Under the pieces are notes generated by a model. The model was given only the letters and a program-made list of their open reading frames with translations. It had not been told where the DNA came from and did not search any database. A DNA stretch of 64,000 nt from an uncultured Bacteroidaceae bacterium (GTDB taxonomy: Bacteria; Bacteroidota; Bacteroidia; Bacteroidales; Bacteroidaceae): positions 28,320 to 92,319 of the forward strand of contig CAKRYD010000004.1 in the NCBI GenBank assembly GCA_934426255.1. Reading direction: 5' to 3'. The stretch's first letter is position 1, and every line of letters starts with the position of its first letter. Positions 53,642 through 62,428 of this stretch are shown here, piece by piece. A program made the translations under genes and the position numbers.

Positions 53642-53774
53642 CGAAAAAAAGGCGATTTGCGGCGCATCAATTTTAAAACTTTTAAATATCAGACGCTTTT
53701 GCCGCCGTTCTTTCTTCTGTATGTGGAATTATTTCTGTTATTTTGCACCCCGATATAAACATTCAGACGGAAAA

Positions 53775-54623
53775 ATGGAAGTCTTACAAACCATCAAAGC
53801 ATTGGACGAGAAGCTGCTTGCAGCCCGCAGGGCAGGAAAGTCGGTCGGTCTGGTTCCCACCATGGGTGCCCTGCACCGCGGCCACGCCTCGCTGATTGAA
53901 AAGAGTGTTCAGGAGAATGACGTGACCGTGGTGAGCGATTTTGTAAACCCCACACAGTTTAACGACCAGAACGACCTGTTGCGCTATCCGCGCACCTTCG
54001 ATGCCGATTGCAGCCTTGCCGCTGAGCTGGGTGCCGATTATATATTCTTTCCTTCGGTGGCCGAGATGTATCCCGAGCCCGACGAGCGGAGTTTCAGCTA
54101 TCCTCCTGTCGACAGTGTCATGGAAGGGCCGCGCCGCCCGGGTCATTTCAACGGAGTGTGCCAGATTGTCAGCAAACTTTTCTACGCCGTCAAGCCCGAC
54201 AGAGCCTATTTCGGCGAAAAAGACTACCAGCAAGTGGCCGTTATCAGAGCCATGGTGGCCGATTTGAAACTGCCTGTCGAGATCCGTCAGTGCCCCATCG
54301 TGCGCGAAGCCGACGGACTGGCGCTCAGCAGCCGCAATGCCCTGCTCACACCGGCCGAGCGCAAACTGGCAGCCAATATACACAAAACGCTTCTCGCCAG
54401 TGTTGACTATGCAAAAGGCCATACCGTCGAGGAGACACGCAGCCATGTGATCGATGCCATCAACGCTTTCGACGGACTCAAGGTGGAATACTACGAAATT
54501 GTAGACGGCATCACGCTGCAAAGCATCTCTTCGTGGGAGCAAGCCCCCACCGTGGTGGGTTGCATCACGGTCTATTGCGGAAAGCTCCCCGTGAGGCTCA
54601 TAGATAATATAAGGTACAAATAA
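53775..54623 (+). CDS. panC: pantoate--beta-alanine ligase
   Basis: Start trimmed to [12 protein letters not shown] at 53775. [14 protein letters not shown] is the HxGH motif. Confidence 0.95.
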   Translation: MEVLQTIKALDEKLLAARRAGKSVGLVPTMGALHRGHASLIEKSVQENDVTVVSDFVNPTQFNDQNDLLRYPRTFDADCSLAAELGADYIFFPSVAEMYPEPDERSFSYPPVDSVMEGPRRPGHFNGVCQIVSKLFYAVKPDRAYFGEKDYQQVAVIRAMVADLKLPVEIRQCPIVREADGLALSSRNALLTPAERKLAANIHKTLLASVDYAKGHTVEETRSHVIDAINAFDGLKVEYYEIVDGITLQSISSWEQAPTVVGCITVYCGKLPVRLIDNIRYK

Positions 54624-54636
54624 ACTACCAAGCGAC

Positions 54637-54990
54637 ATGTTTATAGAAGTATTAAAGTCGAAAATACATTGCGTCCACGTTACCGATGCCAACCTGAAGT
54701 ATATGGGAAGCATCACCATAGACGAAGATCTGATGGATGCCGCCGGGCTTGTAGAGGGCGAGCATGTCTACATCGTCGACAACAACAACGGCGAGCGCTT
54801 CGAGACCTACGTCATCAAAGGGCAGCGCGCAAGCGGATGCATCTGCCTTAACGGAGCAGCCGCCCGCAAGGTGCAGATTGGCGACGTGGTCATCATCATG
54901 TCGTATGCCACGATGACCCCCGAAGAGGCGCGCAGCTTCCGTCCGCGCGTGATATTTCCCGACACAGCGACCAACCAACTGCCACAATAG
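54637..54990 (+). CDS. panD: aspartate 1-decarboxylase
   Basis: [29 protein letters not shown] contains the Gly-Ser self-processing site. 117 aa. Confidence 0.95.
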   Translation: MFIEVLKSKIHCVHVTDANLKYMGSITIDEDLMDAAGLVEGEHVYIVDNNNGERFETYVIKGQRASGCICLNGAAARKVQIGDVVIIMSYATMTPEEARSFRPRVIFPDTATNQLPQ

Positions 54991-55009
54991 CAGCAAGCAG
55001 CATACAGCA

Positions 55010-55045
55010 AGCCGGTGTTTCCCGTAAGGATAGGAAGCACCGGCT
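55010..55045 (+). terminator. Rho-independent terminator after panD
   Basis: 8-bp stem agccggtg / caccggct with a 20-nt loop, followed by tttt. Confidence 0.5.
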
Positions 55046-55077
55046 TTTGCGTTGCCGTCGGGCCAATCGGCGAAGGC

Positions 55078-55887
55078 CTATTTGGGAAGGTTGAAGGCCA
55101 CAGACATTTCCTTCATCTGTTCCTGACTCATGCCCTCGGGCTCAAAGCCCATGGCCTTGCTGTCGATATAGATTTTTGCACTCTTCGAAAGCACGTCGAT
55201 TTGGTCGAACGCATCCATCACGTCGAGTCCTTTGGCAAAGACTCCGTGCTTTTCCCACAACACCACATCATAGTCTTCAAGCTCTTTGAGCGTAGCATCG
55301 GCCAGCTTCACCGATCCCGGCAGCTCGTAGGGGATAATGCCCAGACCCAGCGGGCAGAAAGCCTTGGTCTCGGGTATCATGCTCCAAAGCAGGTTGGTAA
55401 GCACGTCCTTTTCAAGGAATTTTCTTGCGTGACTCATGGCAATGAGCTCAATGGGGTGGGTGTGCACGGTGGCACGATAGGCCGAACCGGTCTCTATCAG
55501 GTGGTTGTGCACCGTCAGGTGCGAGGGAAGTTCGCTTGTCGGCTTTACGGGATTGTCGGCAATGATTTCATAGCCGGCACAGTCGTCGGTAATGCGTATC
55601 ACCGAACCGTTGTCCATGGGATAGCGTGCCAGGTCTCTCATGCGCTTGTTGGTGCCTTTGCAGAAAAAGTAGCATCCCTTCAAGTGGGGCAGCGTGGTGC
55701 CTATGGGTGTGACCGGTGCGATGGCGGGCAGGGCCTTGATTTCATCGTCTACCAGCTCGGTGATGTTGATGGTAATGTTGCCTCCGTTGCGCTCGGCCCA
55801 CCCGTTTTGCCACAGGTAGCCGGCCACTTCGGCCACTTTGTCCACTTCTTTTTTTAAGGCGGGACGGCCTTCCAGAATTGATTTCAT
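55078..55887 (-). CDS. rhaD: rhamnulose-1-phosphate aldolase
   Basis: Start trimmed to MKSILEGRPAL at 55887. GWAERNGGNITI, PTSELPSHL and TVHTHP are RhaD/class II aldolase motifs. Confidence 0.85.
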   Translation of the reverse strand: MKSILEGRPALKKEVDKVAEVAGYLWQNGWAERNGGNITINITELVDDEIKALPAIAPVTPIGTTLPHLKGCYFFCKGTNKRMRDLARYPMDNGSVIRITDDCAGYEIIADNPVKPTSELPSHLTVHNHLIETGSAYRATVHTHPIELIAMSHARKFLEKDVLTNLLWSMIPETKAFCPLGLGIIPYELPGSVKLADATLKELEDYDVVLWEKHGVFAKGLDVMDAFDQIDVLSKSAKIYIDSKAMGFEPEGMSQEQMKEMSVAFNLPK

Positions 55888-55910
55888 AAATAACGCTTTG
55901 CTATGTATTT

Positions 55911-56945
55911 TTACAGGAGTTGGGGCAGGAACGATGAAACGATCAGCACCAGCAACCCTACAATCAGTACTGCGATGGTCTTGGGCGAGCATCCTTTCCA
56001 TTCTTTGAGGATGATGCCCCACACATTCGAGAACGTTACGTTGAGAGCCATCAGTATGCAGAACGAAAGGGTCATCAATGTTTCCGACGAAGTGAGGAAT
56101 CCCTTGCCGAGCGACAGTCCGAAGAACTGGCTGTACCATAAGGCACCGGCCAGGGCGCAGAAGAGCAGGTTGTTTCCTATGACGCCACCTTTGGCATAGT
56201 CGCCAAAAGTCTTGTTTTTGGCGTTCTGATAGAAGCAGTAGGCGGCATTGGTCACAAATCCGCCGAGTGTCACGAGCAGCGTGGCGGGCAGCGTTTTGTA
56301 GATGTCGGGTGTCAGGTCGCCGAAGTTGATGTCCTTGCCGAATTCAAGGCCTACGTTGAAGCATCCGCTCATGAAACCTGCCAGCAGGGCTATGGCCAAT
56401 CCTTTGGGGAAGTTGAAATCCTTGACGGCGGCCTTCTTCTCTTCGTCAGAGAGCGACGCGGCTTTCATGGAGCCAGCCACACCGATGATGGCTATACCGA
56501 CAAGTGTCACGGCCACGCCGGCAAGCACGGCAAATGTGAGCTTTGAAAGCGCGTCTTCGGCGGGAAAGAAGATGTTGAGCAATACGGGGCCCATGATGGT
56601 GCCGAGCGCGGCGCAGGTGCCCAGTGCAATGCTTTGTCCGAGGGCCACGCCAAGGTAGCGCATGGAGAGTCCGAAGGTGAGTCCGCCGATGCCCCACAGG
56701 ACGCCGAAGAGCACTGTCATCCAGATGTTGAACGCGTTGCTTGCGCCCAGCAGTTCGCAGAGCGAATGTCCTTCAGGCACGGCGAGCAGTGCGCCGAGCA
56801 GGGGGAAGGCAATCCATGCGAATATGCCCTGTACGAGCCAGTATGATTCCCAGCTCCATTCTTTTATTTTGTTGATGGGCACGTAGCAGCTCGACTGGCA
56901 GAACGCACCGATGGCTATGATGAGCAATCCTATGAGTATTTCCAT
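55911..56945 (-). CDS. rhaT: L-rhamnose/H+ symporter
   Basis: 344 aa with ~10 TM helices. The overall sequence is RhaT-like, and the gene sits between rhaA and rhaD. Confidence 0.8.
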   Translation of the reverse strand: MEILIGLLIIAIGAFCQSSCYVPINKIKEWSWESYWLVQGIFAWIAFPLLGALLAVPEGHSLCELLGASNAFNIWMTVLFGVLWGIGGLTFGLSMRYLGVALGQSIALGTCAALGTIMGPVLLNIFFPAEDALSKLTFAVLAGVAVTLVGIAIIGVAGSMKAASLSDEEKKAAVKDFNFPKGLAIALLAGFMSGCFNVGLEFGKDINFGDLTPDIYKTLPATLLVTLGGFVTNAAYCFYQNAKNKTFGDYAKGGVIGNNLLFCALAGALWYSQFFGLSLGKGFLTSSETLMTLSFCILMALNVTFSNVWGIILKEWKGCSPKTIAVLIVGLLVLIVSSFLPQLL

Positions 56946-57048
56946 CGTTCAAGTTTGTTTGTGGGTTTAAAACAGCGGCTTTCCGCCCTTTTGCCGCTCG
57001 GGGCGGTCAGAAAGTGGCGGAAGGCCGTCTTTGCAGAGTTCCTGATGC

Positions 57049-58302
57049 TTATCTCTTGGAGGTCACGTCGGCCTCGTATTTTTCAACGTCTGCGATAAAC
57101 GATTCGCCTACAGGCACATCGTTAATCATATTAAAGTAATCGTAGACTGCACCCATGGGCAGTGTCTTGGCTTCTTCGAGCAGTGCCAGGCGTTCGAAGA
57201 GCTGTCCGTTGTCTTCGTATTGGCGGAGCAGTTTGCCGGGTTCGAGCAGTGCGCTGAGGATGCACTTCTGTGTGGCGCGTGTACCTACGATATAGGCACC
57301 GATGCGGTTGATGCTGGCATCGAAGTAGTCGAGTCCGATGTGTACGCGGTTCATGGCGTCGGCGCGTGCTATTTCTTTGAACAGGTTCAGTGTGGCGTCG
57401 TTCATGGTGGTCACGTGGTCGCTGTCCCAGTGTACGGGTCGGCTCACGTGGAGCATGAGTTCGGGCACGAAGAGCAGCATGCTGGGCACTTTGTCTGCGA
57501 TGTCTTCGCCCACCTGGAAGTGTCCGGTGTCGATGGTTGCTATCACTTTGTTGGCGGCGCAGTAGGCGCAATAGAAGTCCCACGAGCCCACGGTGAAGCT
57601 TTCCAGTCCGATGCCGAAGAGTTTGGCTTCAAGGCAGTCGCGCATGTTGTCGTATTTGGTGGCGAGTATTTCGTCGAGCGATTCCTTGAGCAGTGTTCTG
57701 TAGCGCAGTTTTTCCACGGTGGTGTCTTTGCTTCCGTCGTGAATCCATATGTTCATGATGCAGGGGTCGCCCTGTGCCTTGCCCATGGCTTCGGCGATGG
57801 CGCGGCAACGCTTGGTGTGCTCAATCCAGAAGTCGCGTATTTCCTTGTCAGGGTTGGCCAGTGAGAGGCTGCCGCTTTTGGGGTGCGAGAAGCTGGTGCT
57901 GTTGAAGTCGAGCTTCAGGCCTTGCTGTTTGGCCCAGTCTATCCATCCCTGGAAGTGCTTCACTTCGACTTGGTCGCGGTCTACTTTCTGTCCGTTGAAC
58001 TCTCCGTAGATTTCGTGGAGGTTGAGGCGGTAGGTTCCGGCCAGCAGGGATGTGACTTTTTCGATATCCTGGCGCACTTCTCCTATGTTGCGTGCGCGTC
58101 CGGGATAGTTGCCGGTGGTCTGAATACCGCCCGAGAGTGTGCCATCGGGGGTTTCAAATCCTATCACGTCGTCGGTCTGCCAGCAGTGGAGCGAGATGGG
58201 TGTGTTTTTCAGTGTTTCCACTGCTTTGTCTGTATCGACGCCAAGCGCTGCATAGCGTTCTTTGGCGATTTCGTACGATTTCAGGATGTTAGCTTCTTTC
58301 AT
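57049..58302 (-). CDS. rhaA: L-rhamnose isomerase
   Basis: 417 aa. ISLHCWQTDDV.GFE and IWIHDGSKD are RhaA-like. Confidence 0.9.
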   Translation of the reverse strand: MKEANILKSYEIAKERYAALGVDTDKAVETLKNTPISLHCWQTDDVIGFETPDGTLSGGIQTTGNYPGRARNIGEVRQDIEKVTSLLAGTYRLNLHEIYGEFNGQKVDRDQVEVKHFQGWIDWAKQQGLKLDFNSTSFSHPKSGSLSLANPDKEIRDFWIEHTKRCRAIAEAMGKAQGDPCIMNIWIHDGSKDTTVEKLRYRTLLKESLDEILATKYDNMRDCLEAKLFGIGLESFTVGSWDFYCAYCAANKVIATIDTGHFQVGEDIADKVPSMLLFVPELMLHVSRPVHWDSDHVTTMNDATLNLFKEIARADAMNRVHIGLDYFDASINRIGAYIVGTRATQKCILSALLEPGKLLRQYEDNGQLFERLALLEEAKTLPMGAVYDYFNMINDVPVGESFIADVEKYEADVTSKR

Positions 58303-58346
58303 GTTTTATGTTTTGATTGAGATGAGTTATTTTCTTTTGTTGATTG

Positions 58347-59810
58347 TCAGCCCACTATGCTTTTATATTTGGTGTAGGCCTCGTTCCATGTTGCGATGTC
58401 TTGCGGGTCGTAGCGTTTGGGCTGCTCCGACTGTGCGATGAGTGCTCTCATCTGGTGTATGTCGGCCACCATTCCGCATGCTTTGGCCTGCATCATGATG
58501 TTGCCTTCTGCGGTGGCTTCTTGCGGGCCGGCAAAGACGGGTATGTTGAGGCTGTTGGCGATAAACTGGTCGAGCAGGTAGTTGAGGCTTCCTCCTCCGA
58601 TGACGTGCATTCGTTCGAGCGGGAAGGGCGACATTTCCTTGAGCATTTCAAATACGTCGCGATAGCGCAGTGCCAGTGAGTCGTAGATGCAGCGGCATTC
58701 TTCTGCATAGCCACCGGGCACGGGCTGCCCGGTGCGCTTGCAGTAGTTTCTGATGGCATCTACCATCGATATCGGGTTAGCAAAGTCAGGATCATCGGGA
58801 TTGATGAGGCTTCTGAAGGGTTCTACCTTCATGGCTGCTTCATAGAGTTCGTCATAGCTTTGCGGGGCATCGTTCCATTCTTTGCGGCAGCGTTCGAAGA
58901 GCCACATGCCGCAGATGTTTTTGAGGAATCGGGTGGTGCCTTCTATGCCGCCCTCGTTGGTGAAGTTTTTTTCAAAGCTGTCTTTGTTGATAATGGGCTT
59001 TTTGGTTTCTATGCCCATGAGGCTCCAGGTGCCGCTGCTCAGGTAGGCAAAGTTTTCGTCCCCGGCGGGTATGGCGGCTACGGCTGAAGCTGTGTCGTGT
59101 CCCGCCACGGCGATGACGGGTATATCGTTGAGCCCTGTGAGTCTTTGTATTTCGGGTGTGAGTCGTCCTATGATTTCACCCGGCTGCACGTATCGTCCGA
59201 ACTGCTCTTCGGTGATGCCTATGGGTGCTGTGAGTTCTTCGCTGATGCGTCCGGTGTGTGCGTCCATCATCGAGCTTGTTGAGAGAATGGAATATTCGGT
59301 GACCATTTCTCCTGTGAGCAGATAGGAGAGTGCGTCGGGTATGAACAGTATTTTGTGGGCTGCCTCGAGTGCCGAGTCATTGTTGCGGCGCATGGTGGCC
59401 AGTTGGAACAGTGTGTTGAAGTTCATGAACTGTATGCCGGTGATTTCGTATACGCGTTCTTTGGGCACCAGTTTGAAATATTCTTCCATGGCACCTTGGG
59501 TGTGTGGGTCGCGATAGGAATAGGGGTTGCGCAGGAGTGCGCCGTCACGGCCGAAGAGTGCTACGTCGACGCCCCAGGTGTCTATTCCGATGCTTTCGAT
59601 GGTGATGTCTTCCTGGGCCACGATTTTGAGTCCGCGGATGATTTCCCAATACAATGCCTGGATGTCCCAATAGCAGTGTCCGGTCATTTGGATGATGTTG
59701 TTGGGGAAGCGGGTGAGCTCCCTCCGGGTCAACTTGTCGCCCTCGAGCGTCCCCAAAATGGTTCTGCCGCTCGATGCGCCCAAGTCTACCGCGAAGAAGT
59801 GTTTTTTCAT
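58347..59810 (-). CDS. rhaB: rhamnulokinase (FGGY family)
   Basis: FFAVDLGASSGR at the N-terminus, IGIDTWGVD, and GGGS in VIGGGSLN. Confidence 0.85.
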   Translation of the reverse strand: MKKHFFAVDLGASSGRTILGTLEGDKLTRRELTRFPNNIIQMTGHCYWDIQALYWEIIRGLKIVAQEDITIESIGIDTWGVDVALFGRDGALLRNPYSYRDPHTQGAMEEYFKLVPKERVYEITGIQFMNFNTLFQLATMRRNNDSALEAAHKILFIPDALSYLLTGEMVTEYSILSTSSMMDAHTGRISEELTAPIGITEEQFGRYVQPGEIIGRLTPEIQRLTGLNDIPVIAVAGHDTASAVAAIPAGDENFAYLSSGTWSLMGIETKKPIINKDSFEKNFTNEGGIEGTTRFLKNICGMWLFERCRKEWNDAPQSYDELYEAAMKVEPFRSLINPDDPDFANPISMVDAIRNYCKRTGQPVPGGYAEECRCIYDSLALRYRDVFEMLKEMSPFPLERMHVIGGGSLNYLLDQFIANSLNIPVFAGPQEATAEGNIMMQAKACGMVADIHQMRALIAQSEQPKRYDPQDIATWNEAYTKYKSIVG

Positions 59811-59945
59811 AATTTATTTAAAGTACAGGTTGGTGTTTTTGTAAGGGCGAAGTTAGCGATTATATCTTGACTTTCGTTGTGTGTCGCCCGGTTGTTTTTT
59901 CGATTTTAACTGTTTTTAACCGACAAGGCCTCCGGTTGCCTATTT

Positions 59946-60818
59946 TTATTGGCCGAAATTGCGTGAGGCGAAGGGCAGGCTGGCGCGCAGGGCGGTGTGC
60001 CAGTATTCCCAGTTGTGCGAGCCGTTGCGCACGCGCAGCTCGCATTTGATATTGTTGTCGCGCATGAGCATGTGGAAGGCTTCGTTGAGCTTCAGCAAAT
60101 AGTCGTCGTCGCCGCAGTCGACATACCATTTTACGGTTTTCAGCTTGTCCTTGGCTGCGCCATCGGCTTTTTTAAGGTATTCGATGCACGAGTTGTCGTG
60201 TACGGCCACTTGCACATAGGCCAGTTTGGTTGTTTCAGCGCGTTTCTTGTCGTCGACGTCCTGGTCGAGCCATGCGCTCATGGCGTAGCACGAGGAGAAG
60301 AGCTCGGGATGCTTCTGGCAGTAGGATACGCTGCCGCCGCCGCCCATGGAGAGGCCGCTCACGGCGCGGTGCTGCTTGTCAGAGGCTATGTTGAACTTCT
60401 TTTCTATATAGGGCATGAATTCTTCGAAGAAAAACCGCTCATACGGCCATCCGGGCATGTTGAAGTAGCCGCACCAGTCGCCCTTGGAGACGTCACCACC
60501 GGCGTTGGGCATCACGATGACCATGGGCACGGCTTCGCCCGAGGCCATCAGTTCGTCGGTCACTATCTGCATCTGTCCTTTGAGAGCCCATCCCGTGTGG
60601 TCGTCGCCCAGACCGTGGAGCAGGTAGAGCACCGGATATTTCTGCGGCCTTGTGGCATCGAATCCGTCGGGCAGATATACATTATAATGTCGTTCGGCAT
60701 TCAGTATCTTGCTTTGCATCTTTTCGGTGATGATGCGGCCGGCTTCGGCGCTTGGGCAGGCGGCCAGGAGGATCAGGGCCGCAAGCAGGGTTTTCAGCAT
60801 TGTCATTGATTTTGTCAT
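59946..60818 (-). CDS. secreted esterase (alpha/beta hydrolase, esterase-D/CE1-like)
   Basis: Signal peptide, then YPVLYLLHG and the nucleophile elbow GLSMGG. The ATG at 60818 is preferred over TTG at 60836. Confidence 0.75.
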   Translation of the reverse strand: MTKSMTMLKTLLAALILLAACPSAEAGRIITEKMQSKILNAERHYNVYLPDGFDATRPQKYPVLYLLHGLGDDHTGWALKGQMQIVTDELMASGEAVPMVIVMPNAGGDVSKGDWCGYFNMPGWPYERFFFEEFMPYIEKKFNIASDKQHRAVSGLSMGGGGSVSYCQKHPELFSSCYAMSAWLDQDVDDKKRAETTKLAYVQVAVHDNSCIEYLKKADGAAKDKLKTVKWYVDCGDDDYLLKLNEAFHMLMRDNNIKCELRVRNGSHNWEYWHTALRASLPFASRNFGQ

Positions 60819-60952
60819 GTGTGGTTGATGTTTCAATCTGCCTACAAATTTATGTCTTTTGTTTTAAACGGCCAATCCGCGAGCCATGTTTTTTCTTTTG
60901 CTTTCACTTTTTACGACTGCGGGCGGCAGAGGTTGTCTGTCGCCCGATGGTC

Positions 60953-61093
60953 TCATTTGCGCTTGTGTATGCGGTTTACATTGTCTACGATGCCTGCCAG
61001 CTTTTGCTTGTCGTCGTCGCCAAACAGGCCGCTATTGAGCAGTATTTGAATGATCTGCAGCACAATGCGCAGCAGGAAGGGGATGTTGATCAT
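60953..61093 (-). CDS. possible 46-aa small protein downstream of the HU-like genes
   Basis: Own translation gives MINIPFLLRIVLQIIQILLNSGLFGDDDKQKLAGIVDNVNRIHKRK, a hydrophobic helix plus a charged tail. It is below the ORF-track cutoff and lies 57 nt after the stop of the upstream HU-like gene. Confidence 0.3.
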   Translation of the reverse strand: MINIPFLLRIVLQIIQILLNSGLFGDDDKQKLAGIVDNVNRIHKRK

Positions 61094-61150
61094 GGCATTT
61101 GGTTTTTCAGGTTGACATCTGGTTTTTTGAGTTCTTCGGTGTTGCGATGT

Positions 61151-61549
61151 CTAAGCCTGCCTGTTCATCACGAGCTTCATCCCTGCTGCGGCCGGATTGA
61201 CGGCCACGGCTTCCTTGAGCACATGGCTCGGCGTGAACTGCACGCGCACCTGCTCAATGTCGTCGGCCGTGACTTCGTCGGCCGTGTCGCGGCCTTTCAC
61301 CTTGGCCGTCAGTCGAAACGCGCCGAGGGTGCCCAGCCTTACGCTCTTGCCGTCGAGCAGGGCGGCTGCCACCTGCTCTTCGAGGGCCGACAGGGTGGCC
61401 ACCACGTCGGGGCGCGCTATGGTGCTCTCGCGGGCTATGCTGTCGACAAAGCTGTCGAAAGCGATGGGTCTGGTGCCGCTCACGGCGGGATAGAAGGCGT
61501 CTTCCTTCGTCTTGGGGTTCTTGCGCTTTACTACTTTCAGTGTAATCAT
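61151..61549 (-). CDS. HU-family (Bacteroidota long HU-like) DNA-binding protein, paralog A
   Basis: KNPKTKEDAFYP...VVATLSALEEQVAAALLDGKSVRLGTLGAFRLT matches the HU/IHF fold pattern. 132 aa. Confidence 0.7.
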   Translation of the reverse strand: MITLKVVKRKNPKTKEDAFYPAVSGTRPIAFDSFVDSIARESTIARPDVVATLSALEEQVAAALLDGKSVRLGTLGAFRLTAKVKGRDTADEVTADDIEQVRVQFTPSHVLKEAVAVNPAAAGMKLVMNRQA

Positions 61550-61603
61550 GGCTTTTTGGTTTTTTGGTTAATGGTTAAGGTTTACAAGATTGGCGGTTTC
61601 TCG

Positions 61604-62008
61604 TCACACGGTTGCATCCTGCTTCTTGAACTTGAGCGAACCGTTGGCGCGTTTGAAGGTGCGGAGCAGCTGCGGGCTCTTGCTGAAATGGATGCGCAGG
61701 CGTTCCACATCGTCGGTCTTCACGTCGTCGGCCGCGGTCTTGCCGCCTTTTTTGGAATTGACGCGCACATGAAAGCTTCCCAGATTGGGCAGTCTCACAC
61801 TGCGGCCCTCGCAGAGCGACGTGGCCACATGCTCCTCGACAGCGGCGAGCACACCCTTCACGTCGTGTACCGACACGGTGCAGGCGCAGCTGATGCGCAG
61901 GGCCACCTCGTCGAGATCCAGATGACCCGAACATACCGGCACGGGATAGAACTTCTGCTTCGTGGCATCGGCCGGATTTTTCTTCTTGATTACTTTGTAA
62001 AAAATCAT
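61604..62008 (-). CDS. HU-family (Bacteroidota long HU-like) DNA-binding protein, paralog B
   Basis: KNPADATKQKFYP...VKGVLAAVEEHVATSLCEGRSVRLPNLGSFHVRV. A clear paralog of the adjacent gene. Confidence 0.7.
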   Translation of the reverse strand: MIFYKVIKKKNPADATKQKFYPVPVCSGHLDLDEVALRISCACTVSVHDVKGVLAAVEEHVATSLCEGRSVRLPNLGSFHVRVNSKKGGKTAADDVKTDDVERLRIHFSKSPQLLRTFKRANGSLKFKKQDATV

Positions 62009-62083
62009 TTTATTGTGTTTTTTAGTGGGTCTCCCGCCCGGTGCCTTCGTGGCTCGTGGCAGGTCGCCCGGTTAACGATATGG

Positions 62084-62091
62084 CAAAGTTA
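62084..62091 (-). promoter_or_regulatory. -7 box (TAACTTTG on minus strand) upstream of the HU-like pair
   Basis: Plus strand reads caaagtta, 76 nt upstream of the ATG at 62008. Confidence 0.45.
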
Positions 62092-62258
62092 CGAAGAGCC
62101 CCGCCACCCTCCAAGCCTTTTTCGCGACGCAGTGCAGAGCAAGTCGCAATTTGTCTGCAACAGATTGAAAGGCAATGCGTTGCAAAACACCATCCGTTTC
62201 ACTTTTTTTTCGCGGCCACCCTTGGCGGCCACTCCTGCAAGGCTCATGGCCGCGAGGC

Positions 62259-62299
62259 GTGGGCTCTGAATGGCGGCCGTTGGGCTCTGAGTGGCAGCC
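62259..62299. repeat. 20-nt imperfect tandem repeat gtgggctctga[a/g]tggc[g/a]gcc x2, period 21 bp
   Basis: Copies at 62259-62278 and 62280-62299, with 2 mismatches, in a GC-rich 380-bp intergenic region. Confidence 0.7.
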
Positions 62300-62390
62300 A
62301 ATGGGGCAGGGCGGCATCGCAGAAAGACCCGCAGATGTGACATTTTTCAGATTTTTACGGCCTGAAAACGGCATTTTGAAAAGAAAGCAG

Positions 62391-62398
62391 TACCTTTG
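62391..62398 (+). promoter_or_regulatory. -7 box TACCTTTG upstream of asnA
   Basis: Exact match 31 nt upstream of the ATG at 62429. Confidence 0.5.
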
Positions 62399-62428
62399 CA
62401 CTACAAAATAATTCTAAGACACATTTGC

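Noticed and set aside
53442-53774. N-terminal 111-aa extension of panC in the ORF track, and the similar extension of rhaD (55888..56139)
   Set aside because: The extensions overlap the divergent glycogen-synthase-like gene and rhaT respectively, and they have no similarity to PanC or RhaD N-termini. Internal ATGs give canonical N-termini.
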